Source: Orbicella franksi (lineage: Eukaryota). From it: a stretch of 64,000 nucleotides of DNA. The stretch's first letter is position 1; each line of letters starts with the position of its first letter. This document shows positions 18,601 through 30,494 of this stretch, one piece after another. The notes below the pieces were generated by a model. That model ran no database searches and had not been told where the DNA came from. It saw only the letters and a program-made list of their open reading frames with translations. Where the stretch lies: contig OZ116699.1 in the NCBI GenBank assembly GCA_964199315.1, positions 15,438,001 through 15,502,000 on the forward strand. Direction: 5' to 3'. The position numbers were made by a program, and so were the translations under genes.

Positions 18601-21600
18601 AGCCAACCAATCAGATTGCTTGAAACACCAAGATCACTGAGTGTGTATGTACTAATATTACATGTATAAAGAATAATACAGACACAACAGCAATGTCACT
18701 CAATCTAGTTTCAGGGAATTTGTAATTATACCATAAGCCTACACTGTGTATCAACATTTACAGCAACATAGACCTCTGCATGCATTGCGTACCTATAACA
18801 CTATTACCTTGTACCATAGGCCTGCAATATGTGCAAAGGTTTTCAGCTACATAGCCCTCTGCACGCATTGCGTACCTATAACACTATCACCTTGTACCAT
18901 AGGACTGCAATGCATGCAAAGGGCTACAGCTACTGTAGCCCTCTGCATGCATTGCATACCTGTAACACTATTACTGAGTACCATAAGCCTGCAATGTGTG
19001 CAAAAGGACTTCAGCTGCATAGCCCTCTACATACATTGCATACTACAGTATAAAGTTATTACCAAGAACCATAGGCTTGTAAAGCGTGAAAAGGGTTTAT
19101 GTACCTACATGTACCTAGTCGTCTGCATGCATTGCATACATATAACACTAAAAGCCAATACCATAGACCTGCATTGCGTGCAAAAAACTAAGTTAACGCA
19201 ATGTAGCTGTCAGAATGCATTTCATGCTTTGCACATTTTTCATGCCCATAAGATGTACAGTAACTGCAATTTTTGAGTCAATTTTCTTCATCAATGATCA
19301 CAAACATCTTCATTACGAGCAGGCAAATCAGAACAATAAATCTTTTACAATGCAACACTGATCAACTTAAAATTTATCACATGACTTCTTATATGAAAAT
19401 GTACATGCAGAGTAAAACCAGATAAACTTGTAAGCCAGTAGCAGCACTGTTCACACTTACTATCAAAAGCTGGGGTAAACTCTTCTTGCTGTGCCGGACC
19501 AAAATAACACTTGTCCCAGAGCTCAGATAGTTCCTTTCTGAAGGATCAGTAAATAAGTCAGATCAGTAACAGAGTTCTGTGCTACAGTTAGCAAATGAAA
19601 TTGTGTGGGTTAAACCAACAAGTAACCTCCAGGACTTACAATCCAGTGAATTCACCATGTTACATGCAGACTGTAATTTATTTCATTCTGTAAATTTATG
19701 TAACTGGAGGAACTTTCATCATGTTATATATAACCGAAAATACTTGTACAGCTGAACCCCGCTATTTCAAACTCTCAGTGCAAGACTGTGGTCTAAGAAA
19801 AGTTATGCTCCTTCAAAAAGGACCTGAAACATTATTGAGAAATACCTGTAATTTACTTGTAAGCAGACATACCTGAGGCCGTCAATGAATTTCTGAATGT
19901 GTTGTAGTTTCAATGCCTGCAATCTTTGGACTTCATTTTTCAGCTGAAAGTTAGCACAATATTATTGATGTCAAGTGCTTGCATAATAACATTCACTTCT
20001 ATCACATAAATGTCGTACACCTGTAATTGACTTTAAGTCTTGTATACATTATAGCTCTATAGTTAAACTAACTTACTGCCTCACCTTTGCAATGACGGAA
20101 GGTTTGCATCCATTGTGTTTAGTAAGAAAGGCTTGTCTTTCTGACTCGTCAATCTCTAGTTTGGTCCAAAGTGATGTGATTGTCTCTCTTAATTGAGATG
20201 ACTCTGTCTCGCACCTTTTGTGCTGATTTTCAAGCTGAGAAAAAATGTCATGATTAGAGCGTCAACTGGTAAATTTCATGAGACGAGGGAAAGTGATTTT
20301 GCCTTACCTCGCATTTAAGATCTTTCAGTGCCTCAATATTCAGAGAAGAGAGTTTAAATGTTTTTTCAGCATCATCTTTAGCCAGGTCCTGTCCTACAGT
20401 TGTTGAAGGAACTGCCTCTAACTCCCTCCACAACGTTTGAATCAATTGTCTCAATTCCTTGAATGTATTCAGTCTTTTCACCTGCAATGTAGAATCCCCA
20501 ATTACCAACTAAAATACATGTCTGGCAACTAAATGATCCATTCATGACAAAGTGCAAATGTGGACAAAAGACATCACAAGTGCAAGGATATTTATAACAT
20601 TAAACATGTTACTCTTCCTAATCCCTCATAGTTATTTTGCTTTCAAAGTATTGATTCTGCTTACGTATGACCATCCTAATTTATTAATATGCTCTGAGAA
20701 TTTGAAGGTCCAGCAAGGCAATGAATATTTTCTCTATACTCAAAAGTGAACAGGCCAATATTGTAAACTACGGCATTGGGCATTGAAATCTAAATTTAAA
20801 ATCTCTTTTAGAAGGCTATGAAAAAGTGTCATCTGTATACACCCAGATGAAAGCAAAAATAAAAACTCTCAAGTTTGGCCAGAATGTTATTGTTTCAGGA
20901 AAATAGCAGCAACATGTTTATAGCTCATTAAACTGTTTTGTTTTACTTACTTGTTCCTTTTGTAAATATTCTACATTGGCCTCCAATTCTTTTAGCTGTT
21001 CTTTGTTTGGTACATTGACTTCTCCCAGGTTATGAGCAGGAAGACATAGCCTCTCACATAACTTTGTTTCTTTCTCTTTCAAACTCTTCAAGTTTTTCAT
21101 CCTTTCGTGTTTTTCCTGCATTTTAATTCAGTCCACACAAGACAAAATTAATATTAGCGTTGCCATGCATGAGATGCATTCTGAGTGTAAGTCACCACAG
21201 ACTTGATTACCAGCCTCTGTTCAGTAAAGGAGCCATGACCCTTATCTCCTACTTCCTCTTCTTCTTCTTAGAGAGAAATGAGACTGCATTTGAAAGAGCA
21301 GTGGAAATCAAGTCTTACCTAACTAAAGCCTGAATGATAAATTACAGTTATATTATGACATTACAAAAGTAACATTACCAGTTTAAGGTCATCCACTTTT
21401 GTTCGAAGTTCATTTTCCAGCATAAGAATACTCATTTGCTTCTCTGGCTAAGATGACAACATAACAAATAAAACATATTAAATGACTGAACATCTTATAA
21501 TGACGATACATTAGAATACATGTATGTATGCCCCTGGCCAAACGATCACAACATTTTAATGCATAACATTGTTTGGCCTAACGTGTTGCGCACATTTGGC

Positions 21601-23067
21601 CACCCTGTTGCGATGTGTTGCAACATGCTGGGTGCTGTTGGCTCAAATTTGACCATATTCAAACTTGAGCCAACAACACCCAACATGTGGCAACAGGGGA
21701 GCCAAACTCTTACGGCATGTTGCACCCCCAACAATGTTGTGATAAGTTGTGATCATTTCACCAGGGCTATTTTTCAGTTTTGGACCCTTGTGCAGTTTTG
21801 GTACTGAATTTCCAACATAAAAGCATCAAGGAAAAATCAAGCATACTCAGCCGTAACAGGTGTCACAGGTTACAGCTCTAAGTGTTAATCAGAATATGCT
21901 ACACAGGTAACAGTCAAACCCCAAGTGACTGTCTGTCAGTTGATTACAAGTGTCTGGACATTAACAAGCATCAAATTCTCTCATCACTAACCTTGAACAC
22001 AGGTATTCCCAGTTCTTCACTCAGTTTATCCAACTCCTGAGTGCAAGTTTCTACATTTGCTTGTAGTGTAGCTTTTAATTCCTCCTCCTCACTCACCATT
22101 TGTTGCAATAAATTTCGTAAATGAAACAAAACAGATTTAGTTCTTTCTTCTTTTTGTTCTTCTTCTAAACCAATTTCACTCCAGATGTTTTGCAGTGTCT
22201 GCATAGCATTCTGTAAGCAAGGTATCACTTCAGATTTAATCATTCGGACGCTGTCCTCCACCGAAGATGTAGAAAGATGCCTGCTGGTATTCTTGGTAGT
22301 GCTGATGTATAAAATTAGATCAAATAAGAGTTGCTGTAATTCAGTCTTCTACCTGTATGCAGGATTTTAAAAGCTACAAGGAGCCCTTGGGCTTCTACCA
22401 TGCTTTACAAAAGTAGTCATATATAAGAACGACACTTCTTTTTGCTTCATTGAGATTGTATATTATTTAAGGTTCGGTTAAACAGTACAATCCACATAAC
22501 CGCCACTTTCTAAGATCAATACCAGCTTATTTTATCACTTGGATTCGTGAAACGTGGATCTTATAGTTATAAAAACTTTGTGGGAGGAAGAACTCGTTCG
22601 CAGAATTTGTTAACAACAAGAAGGGGGCATTTACAATTAAAAGCTTAAGTTTAAATCTAATTTCGAAGCTGCACAGTGGAAATCGACACCATGAAAAAAT
22701 CGTACACTTATTTATGACAGATTTCTCGCGAGCTTAGCTAGCTATAGGACTGTTAGTCTGTCGTTTCAAACTAAGTTTAATTACCACACCTTTAGACTAA
22801 TCTGTTATGCGTTTAACTTCAATATACGCTTTGATCTTGATAAAGAAGGAATTTCGCTGAAACCAAGAAATATTCTAAGGGATTCGAAAGCCATTATTCT
22901 CCTTGTGAAAACCACATCAACCTAAGCTTGCACTTCGTCGAGTCCGCCATCATGGTCGATCACGCGAGGATCAAAATACGGCCCCGGATTCCCCGGATTT
23001 GCTCCCAGAAAATTACTAAACGTTCGCAAAAAGTAGCTATAGTCAATCCTTACCTTTCAGTTTCCAT
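12614..23067 (-). CDS. PRC1: Protein regulator of cytokinesis 1 (MAP65/Ase1 family), about 649 aa
   Basis: 16 phase-consistent exons: 23054-23067, 21992-22301, 21379-21447, 20951-21115, 20308-20481, 20085-20234, 19873-19943, 19461-19537, 18224-18360, 17930-18025, 17568-17714, 17199-17272, 16923-16968, 16521-16676, 14587-14772, 12614-12691 (total 1950 nt). Motifs: CLQNAMQTLQNIWSEIG, ELSELWDKCYF, FTEELLALHEHQV, NRLANRGGALLKEEK..K..LPK, EMVYGSKPATTPKKR (CDK-type TP sites), TSYNEFA, SSMLNRT. The first and last exons are less certain. Confidence 0.93.
12905..13155 (+). repeat. 5'-truncated copy of the GGATC-terminus MITE family
   Basis: Shares gcaaaaattagt.gactgttgacc and the right end gatgcctttagttcacatgatcc with 15699-16471. 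Confidence 0.75.
13634..14276. mobile_element. Non-autonomous DNA transposon with TTAA TSD and GG..CC termini (Kolobok-like)
   Basis: ttaa|ggtcattcctc ... gaggaattacc|ttaa. About 11-bp imperfect TIR; TTAA at 13630-13633 and 14277-14280. RR termini plus TTAA fit Kolobok rather than piggyBac. A related left end is at 57307. Confidence 0.7.
15141..15197 (+). repeat. (TAAA)n microsatellite, imperfect
   Basis: About 14 imperfect units read directly from the sequence. Confidence 0.9.
15401..15625. repeat. Two tandem ~114-bp direct repeats
   Basis: accaaacgctaacagatggccaaggcact...aactatatcaaa starts at 15401; accaaacgctcacagacggccaagacact...aactatattaaa starts at 15515. Confidence 0.85.
15699..16471. 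mobile_element. MITE with (G)GATC termini and 8-9 bp TSD, carrying a nested insertion
   Basis: Left end gatcatgtgcaccaaaggcat, right end atgcctttagtacacacaatcc (imperfect ~21-bp TIR). gacctgaca is duplicated at 15690-15698 and 16472-16480. Superfamily undetermined. Confidence 0.8.
15914..16328. mobile_element. pogo/Tigger-like MITE, 415 bp, nested in the element above
   Basis: TIRs cagttgaaccttgattatccggac and gtcctgataatcgaggttcgactg (3 mismatches in 24). TA on both flanks. Confidence 0.88.
18394..18453. repeat. Terminal fragment of the GGATC MITE family
   Basis: ggatcatgtgtactaaaggcatcc is the reverse complement of the family right end. Confidence 0.75.
18730..19190. repeat. ~83-85 bp minisatellite, 5-6 diverged units, in a PRC1 intron
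   Basis: Unit catagccctctgcacgcattgcgtacctataacactat...ccatagg.ctgcaat starts at 18767, 18850, 18933 and 19018, with further degraded copies. Confidence 0.88.
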
Positions 23068-23083
23068 TTCAGCTCGTAGGATT

Positions 23084-23199
23084 TTTGAAATTTCCAATCG
23101 AAAAATTACTTACGAAAACAACTGTAAAATGTAGGTATTTGAAAAGACCCGCAAACGGTCTCTATTTGTCACGTGACTGATTTTGCGAATTGTAATTGG
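23084..23199 (-). promoter_or_regulatory. Putative PRC1 proximal promoter with CHR-like, CCAAT and E-box motifs
   Basis: TTTGAA at 23084-23089 and 23138-23143 (+ strand), CCAAT at 23094-23098 (+) and 23195-23199 (-), and the palindrome GTCACGTGAC at 23168-23177. All lie just upstream of the inferred ATG at 23067 in CpG-rich DNA. Confidence 0.5.
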
Positions 23200-24562
23200 C
23201 TTTTTCTGCGGCAAAGGGAAAGATGGCTGGTATAAGAGTCACAAAGAATCCTTTTTGTGATTTATGCAAAAATATAGGCGAAAAATAAATACTCTATACT
23301 AGACGGCACCCCCGGGGGTACGGGCCGAGAACATTTAACGGAAATAGTCAATAAAAAAATTGCTGATACAAAACCAGGAAGAATCGACAGAAAAACATTT
23401 TTTAAATCACTTGCACGAATCCATGTTCGATCCTCAGATTTAGAAAAGTTGAGAAACTCGACAATTTCGTCGAACACCAATAAATTGATAATATCAAGAC
23501 ATTAGGTAGTCTAGTTTCTGTACCCTCCCTGCCCTTTGCTACATTCCAGGAAACAATTGGAAAAGGCCTCAGGGACAGCGCGAGGAGAGAGAGGTACAGA
23601 CACAGCTGTGGGGATTGAAGCTACGTAGGGTGACATAGTCGGAGAGTTCAGAAGCTGTTCTACAACATGAGGATGATTGACGACGACGCGGAATCGAACA
23701 AGACAATGAACAGTACTTTTATTTAGGAATGCCCCCAAAAAACATTCGGCCCCGGGTTACCGGGCCCCGGAAAAATGTAAAAATGCACAGTTTATGTTTT
23801 CACTGAGTTTGATTTAAATGTTCTCTTTCGTTTTTCCCGCAACGTGTGGTAGTTTTGTTGTTTGGTCACGCAGCAGCGGAATGATATTGCTGTCAGTTTC
23901 TCTAGGCAGCCTTGCACGAGAGAATCAATTGTTAAAACGCTAAACGTTGATTCTGCTTACTTTTTTTCTCGAATTATGTTATAAATCCCAAAATGATTGC
24001 CTAAACTGTTTCCTGTTGCGCATGCACAAGTAAAAAAAGATCAAAAATGCATACGGCAAGCCCCATCATTGTACTAATTGAAAACTGCTATATTTCAAAA
24101 ACAGAAAAAAAGCAAGGGAGGAATGGCCTTTAAACAGGCAGGCAGTTTCTTCATTTCCCTCGTGGTGGGTGTTGAGAGAAGAGAATTCGCACATGCATAA
24201 GATATTGGCTCGTCCAAAATTCTCTGGGGTCTCCTCTTTGCCAGTGCGCTCCTTAATTAGTGGTCGCGCTTGGAGTTTTGGCCTGTGGCATTGACGTAAT
24301 TTGGGTCCTTTCTGACAAGCTCCATATTCCTTGTTTTATCGCTTATAAGTCACAAAATTCGAAGCGCGTGGGAACGGGCACAGTACGACAAAGACCCGCG
24401 TGGAAGATTGGGGCGACGCCCATCTCCTGTCTTAATTACAGTTCTCGCGCGGACAACAGTTTCACCCAGTCGCGCGCAAAGGAAATGTTAAAAACAAAAT
24501 AAACAGTGTCAAAGTGAAAACTCGTTTAATTAAATTTTTCATCATTTTTCTCCTAATTGAAA

Positions 24563-24568
24563 TTTATT
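24563..24568 (-). terminator. Candidate KNDC1 polyadenylation signal
   Basis: AATAAA on the minus strand about 500 nt after the stop codon. Confidence 0.35.
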
Positions 24569-25069
24569 TAATTAACTACCGGAAAACCGACAGCCGCCAT
24601 AAGTAATAAATAAATAGATTAATCTGAAATAATAAAATATAGCTGGGACTGTTTACGGCGTATCCATCAGACAAATCTCAAATAAAATATCATGCAAAAA
24701 CCTTATTTTATACAAATATACATTATCAAAGACGAAAATGGAATTTCCGCACTATTTAGTAAAATATAAATTGCTTATTCAAAATCCTAACTAGTGTACA
24801 TATTACACTTTCTCCTCTCCAAACAAACCCTGCGATTTAACAAACTCTTCAATCATAATAATAATAAATTGCGAAAAATTCACCTATTTTCCGCGTAAAC
24901 AGGCGGAGGTATCTTAACTTCCATTACGATCTCCGTAAATAAAATCTATCGCTTATCACTTTACAACACATAGTATAACCTGAACATTTTCTCCGCAAAA
25001 ATAGATGTAGTGATTGGAAGTTATCATAGCACTTTTTGAAAATTACAGATGACCAAGTCGTAAACAGGA

Positions 25070-28000
25070 CTAATTATGGCTGCCGAATGTCGCTTTCATC
25101 TTCTTAAAGGCATCATGGAATTTCCTAGAGCCATGTGAAGATGATAAATGAAAGTTGCTTGCGTTCTCAGAAGCTAGGGCGTGGAGGTTTTCCTTTTTGC
25201 ACTCGTGTATACGCTGTTTCAGTCTGTCCTTCAATTCGTCGTCTGTTTGGAAGGCATAACGCATCTGTTTAAACAAGCGTATCTGGTCCACTAAACGAGC
25301 CGCTGATCTGTAATTGAAACAAAAACAAGTTGAGTAATCAGTAGCCTGCGAACGCAGACGTATTTCTGGCTCTCGCTCGTCTCCTCCGAAAAATAACGTC
25401 TGCGAACCCGAGCCAGGAAACGATTTCTCCGACGTAGGAATTTTAAGCCAATCACAGTTTAGCTCAAGTAGCCCCAGAACTACTGCGCGAGGTATTCGCT
25501 GCCAGGAGCACTCGAGTTTCATTTTATCGTGGAATCTGATTGGCCAAGGAGAAACAAAAGTCATTACGTCACAGAAATCGTTTCCTGGCTCGGGTTCGCA
25601 GACGTTATTTTCGGTGGAGACAAGCGACAGCCGGAAATACGTCTGCATTCGCAGGCTAAGTAATCAGTCTCCTACTTGTTAAAATATCAGAAACAACAAT
25701 CTAGCTTAAAAAGGCGGGTGTTTGGTATGACATGTCGCCGGTTAGAGTGCAATCATCAAAGGAAGTCATGTTCCTCTTTCTTAAGTACAGAATGAATTAA
25801 GCTACCGTATTTTCGCTAGAGCTTTTTTCACAAGAGGTGAGCGACATGAAAAGGTGGGAAAAGTTGTCAAAACCAAGACGTGGGTTATTGTAGTTTTCTG
25901 TCACATTGGCCTATGACAGTTCCCTTGACAGGGTCATTCAGTGCAAATTTCATAGTTGCTCTAAAGACATAGAAAAACCCACTAACTCAAACTGGCTATT
26001 TTAAAACAGCAGTTTCATAACTGTTCGCTACCGTTATAGAGAAAGCTGTATACATAAAGTGAGAATTGAAAGGGAAATTTTCACCTCTTTGTGATACAAC
26101 TTGGGAAAGCTCAAGACGCATGACAGTGGTCACAGGACACCCAACAATAATGGTCTGACCCAGAGGTGATAAGGACTAAAGATTGCGAGGAGGAAAATGG
26201 ATGGCAATACAGGAAAACCTTAAGATTTCTTCAAAGTCCTTGAGAAACGAGATTTCCTTACAGAACTGTTCAAGAGAATTCGTGTGAGTTCACGTCATGT
26301 TCATTCGACAAATCCATGTAAGGTTTTTTCGTGAATGGTCAAACATTGTAAGGCACTTGTCTCTTTACCTCATCTTTGTCCACTTGAACATGTCGTTAGG
26401 TAATGTGAACCCTCCAAGCTCCTGCTGTTGAACGTGAATAACAAACAAAAGGAAACAAGGAATTGTGGGTTTGTCACGTGACGCTTCACTCTTCATCAAC
26501 CACGAGCTGTCTGTCTTCAGCAAAACCTGAAATAGAGGACAACACAACTGATTGAAATTTTTTACGGTGGTTTAGATAGAACTAGATCATTTGTTGCCAA
26601 AGCGAACTGCGCATTTCTTTATAGATATCTTACAAAAGGCATTAGGTTTGTCAGGGTTAAAACTTACCTTGACGGCCTTAAGTTCTTCCAATGCTTCCGC
26701 TGTTTTTGTGGGAACCTGTTTCCAAACCTACCGAGCAATTAATATGTTATTTGTATAAATGTGTTTCTTATTATTATTTAGAGACATTTTAATATATGTT
26801 TGCCTAAGAGATTAAAGGGCGCAACTAGGGGGCTGATAACTTATTCCAAGACGTCACAAATATCACTACAAATAAATATTTAACAGATTAAGACAAAAAA
26901 CAAATGTGTTGAACTCTTTTACAAATTGTTGAACGTTATTCAACCAAACTCCATTCTATCCCGCAGCAACCACGTTTGAATTGCCAATACCACGTGACCA
27001 AGTAAACTACCAATAACAGCGCAAATTACATCCAATGATACCACAGCTACAAAGCAACAACTATCAATGATTGGGTAACCTACCGGTAACTGTCTGATGA
27101 CAAACATTTCCAGGGCGTCAACGATTTGGAAACACGTGCTGTAGTTACGAATCTCACAGCAGTAACGCGCAGCATTCACAAACTTGGTGATGAGGGCAAG
27201 TTGAGCCTACAACACAACGGTACAGAAAGATTTGTTTGCAACTATATCATCTGGCATTCGATTACTTTATGGATTACGTGACACATATTGCAGTAAATAG
27301 TCTAATTATATGGCTTGCTCCGTGAGCGGGCAAGATGAACCGAATCCTTTGCTGTGATTGGCTACCCGAGCGGGCAAGATGAGGTTATCTTGCCGGCTAG
27401 GGATTACCCGCTGTGTCTCGCAAGAAAATTGTGTTCTTTTCCAAATAATAAATCCTTTATTGACAAAGCTTGCTTGGTAAAGATGGCTGGATATTGGCCT
27501 CGTTCCTTTTTATGCATGTTTATGGACCTAGAGTCCTTCTCAGTCCATAAACACGCCAAAAAAAGAACTTGGTCATTTTCCAGCCATCTTTACCTCACGC
27601 CTGGTCAATAACCCATATCAAGAGAATAGGATCATAATCTATTGCCCAAATATAATTACCTTTATTGAAGACGCACTGCAGATCTCAACAGCCACCCACA
27701 AGGACACGTCTTGCGCATGTTCCAAGAGGTTTTCCAGATGGCCATCGGTGCTGGGCTCGCTGACGTACATATTTTGCTCCCAAGGGAGGGGTACCTCCCC
27801 GGAACTGGCGGGTAGCTCCGAGACGCGCCGACTCCCGGTACTGAAGCCAAAGATGCTGTCGCGTTCTCTGCTGGGGGACTGGCTCCGACCAACACCAATG
27901 CCATGCGCACGAGAGTTTAGGAAATGTACAGGGTGAATGTGAAAGAACAAGTCCTGGAACAGAATAAAAGATATATGACTCAGTGAAGTGTATTCAAGTG

Positions 28001-30494
28001 TCTTTTGGGGTCGAGTGAATTAAGTGAGAATGAACTGAACAAAGATGGCATCTTGTAAGGCAAGGCCAGAGTAAAAACGTTCAAGTTTCCCTCCCATCTG
28101 CCTATTAAATGAACTATACGAATGGCAATTATCCAAGTACGTTTTGGAAGACGATTTTCCAGAACTGGTACTTCTTTGCGCGTCTCCAATAACCTGAAAG
28201 CTGTTTTCTAGAGGGAACGCCCACTCCGGTTTTTTGAAAAAACGTTCATGAAAAACACCCTTTTAAAAGATGCCTGTGTTTTCAATATTATTGAGTATAC
28301 ATGTCACCTGGAGGTCTTGGTAAAACGCCATGTGGTAGGCGCTCAGGGAGGGATGAAAGAGAGATGTCATGGCGTGCAACAATATAATACCTTGGAACTC
28401 TGGTTAACTTTGTAATGTACTCTGTCAAAATTGAGCAGTCTTTTACCTGCTGTATAAGTGCAAGTTGCTCGGCCAGGATTCGTGACGAGTGGTCCAGAAC
28501 TGAAAGAGCCTTTAGGTACAGGGTTGGTTTGTATGTCATGCCTTTCTCGGGCGTGGCTCTTCGGAAGCACTGCACTGGTGATTTGGACTTGCGGCTACCC
28601 ATTGGCTGCCAAAAAATAATAAATTAACGTTAAAAATCTGTTGACTCCAATCTGAATGTTTTCTTGTTGAATATACCTTTCTTATTAGTGAGTCCTTTTT
28701 GCCGTCTACCGGGTTAAGACCTGAAAGGAAGGAAAAAGAATGTTAAATATCTATTGTCTGCTAACACATTTTTAAATTTGTTCTCGAAAACGTTTAAACA
28801 GTGTACAAGAACGTTTCGATACCTTGGGGGTCCTCTAGCTGCAGTACAGCCACGAAATCACTGGGTTCATCTGACCATATGTTATTGTTTGAATCCCTTT
28901 TCTGTTTCTCTGCAATAAGTTCCATCAAGTAATGACCTCTTTCGCTTCTATCCACGAGAATCAACTGCGATAAAGTAAAAAGAATATGATTAACACGATT
29001 GAATTTCCTAGTCCGACACTTGTCTTTCCGGCCTTTTGCATGGTAGTATGTCTTGTACTTATGTTTGTGATGTAATATCCACATTTATTTTTTCTAAGAG
29101 GGTACGGTAACAAATCCTGCAATCTGATTGGTTCTTAGTGCGGCCCGGATTTTCCTACGATGCTGTTGTGTGTGGAAAAGGTCAACAATTATAAAAGTGA
29201 TTCGAGAGAGAGAGGAAAAAATAAATATGTTATTTTCCGGCTTAAGGTCAGTCTGCATAGTGAAAAACTTGACCTCGTATAGTGAAAAACTGCTGCCAAC
29301 GGCCTGCGGTCTCGGGTAGCATTTTCAAGACATCGGTCACAGTCTTTCACTATATGGACCTCTTAGCCGGTAAATAACATACATGCAGACCATGTAGTAT
29401 CCGGTTTCGGGGAAACGTTACAGTTCTTCTCTCTTTTTCTCCTTGCATGGAGGCCGGCCATAAGATCAGATAAAATCTCATTAGGAACAACGTGTCAATA
29501 ATGAGCCGTAAGGTCGCTTTGCCTAAGACTAAAAGGACCTGTAGGAAAGTAGGCAAGAACAAAGTGAAATCTTACCTCATCTTTAACAAATGCAAGCAGC
29601 TCTTTGATAAGACTGGGATTTGTTTTAAAGTCAAACCGATAATAACCGTCAATCCACTCAGACAACAGGTCCAGAGCACGGTATCGGATCTGAAGCTGAT
29701 GGTTATACACCTGGCCAGAGGAGTCCGTTCTGACGAGATAAACACAAGTGTCATTTAATACCTCAAACCAATGCTGTATCAGGCGTAGCCGGATGAGAAC
29801 ATTTGCGACACGTGTTCAGCTTCACTGCACTTTTGCTGTGATTCGAAGATTTAAAGAGAAGATGGGGTTTGATTGGCTACTTGGTGCGATAAGGGGCTAA
29901 CGCCTAACACTCAAAACATCATCTACTTTTACCTAAAATAGTTGTCAACTTATTCTAAGTTATGCGTATTGGTTTTAAACGTGTCAAAATTCGTGTTTCA
30001 ATCACAAAGAGTTTTCCCTCTCTCAACCTCATTGTTCATTTTTAAAGGAGTCAATGTTCATAAAAATATAATCTTAAGTTGAAGCATAACCTTATTGTTC
30101 TCCGTCCTTACCTTAGAGAGGCTGAGCATTTTTCTCTGATGAAAGAGAACAGTTCTTGAGCAGTGGAAACGTAACGGAAAGTGTAAAGAAAGTATCGTAC
30201 ATAAGCCTGACTCATGGCGTGTCTGAAATAACAAAAATATATACAGTATCTCTGTTAGTACCAGGATCATTCGTAAAGCACAGCAAGAATAACGAATCAA
30301 ACAGATTTTGTTTTATTCACCTGTCGAAGAGATAAGAGAACAAGCCAAGTTTGGTCCCTGATTGAAGGGAGGGGCCAGTTAGTGACTCATCCACGATATC
30401 TGTGCTTTCATTCACCCTCTGGTTCCATATCGGAGAAAAGTTTAAGAAGCTATTATTCAACTCCGGTACTAACGTCACACAGCTCTTGTTATAG
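25070..30494 (-). CDS. KNDC1: REM (RasGEF_N) and CDC25 RasGEF domain exons of KNDC1
   Basis: [103 protein letters not shown]...PTIPCFLLF. All junction phases are consistent. Confidence 0.92.

Noticed and set aside
18746-19276. 176-aa His/Cys-rich ORF
   Set aside because: Produced by the ~83-bp minisatellite, antisense within a PRC1 intron; no supporting gene structure.
23223-23507. Frameshifted CxxC-containing peptide (FCDLC...IDRKTF) resembling a ZAD-like zinc finger
   Set aside because: Needs a frameshift and lacks the second Cys pair; too weak without a profile search.
23748-23771. GC-rich imperfect hairpin ggccccgggttaccgggcccc
   Set aside because: Short and mismatched, with no RNA-family context.
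25308-25648. N-terminal part of the 192-aa ORF at 25070-25648
   Set aside because: Read-through of the palindromic MITE; only 25070-25307 is the KNDC1 terminal exon.
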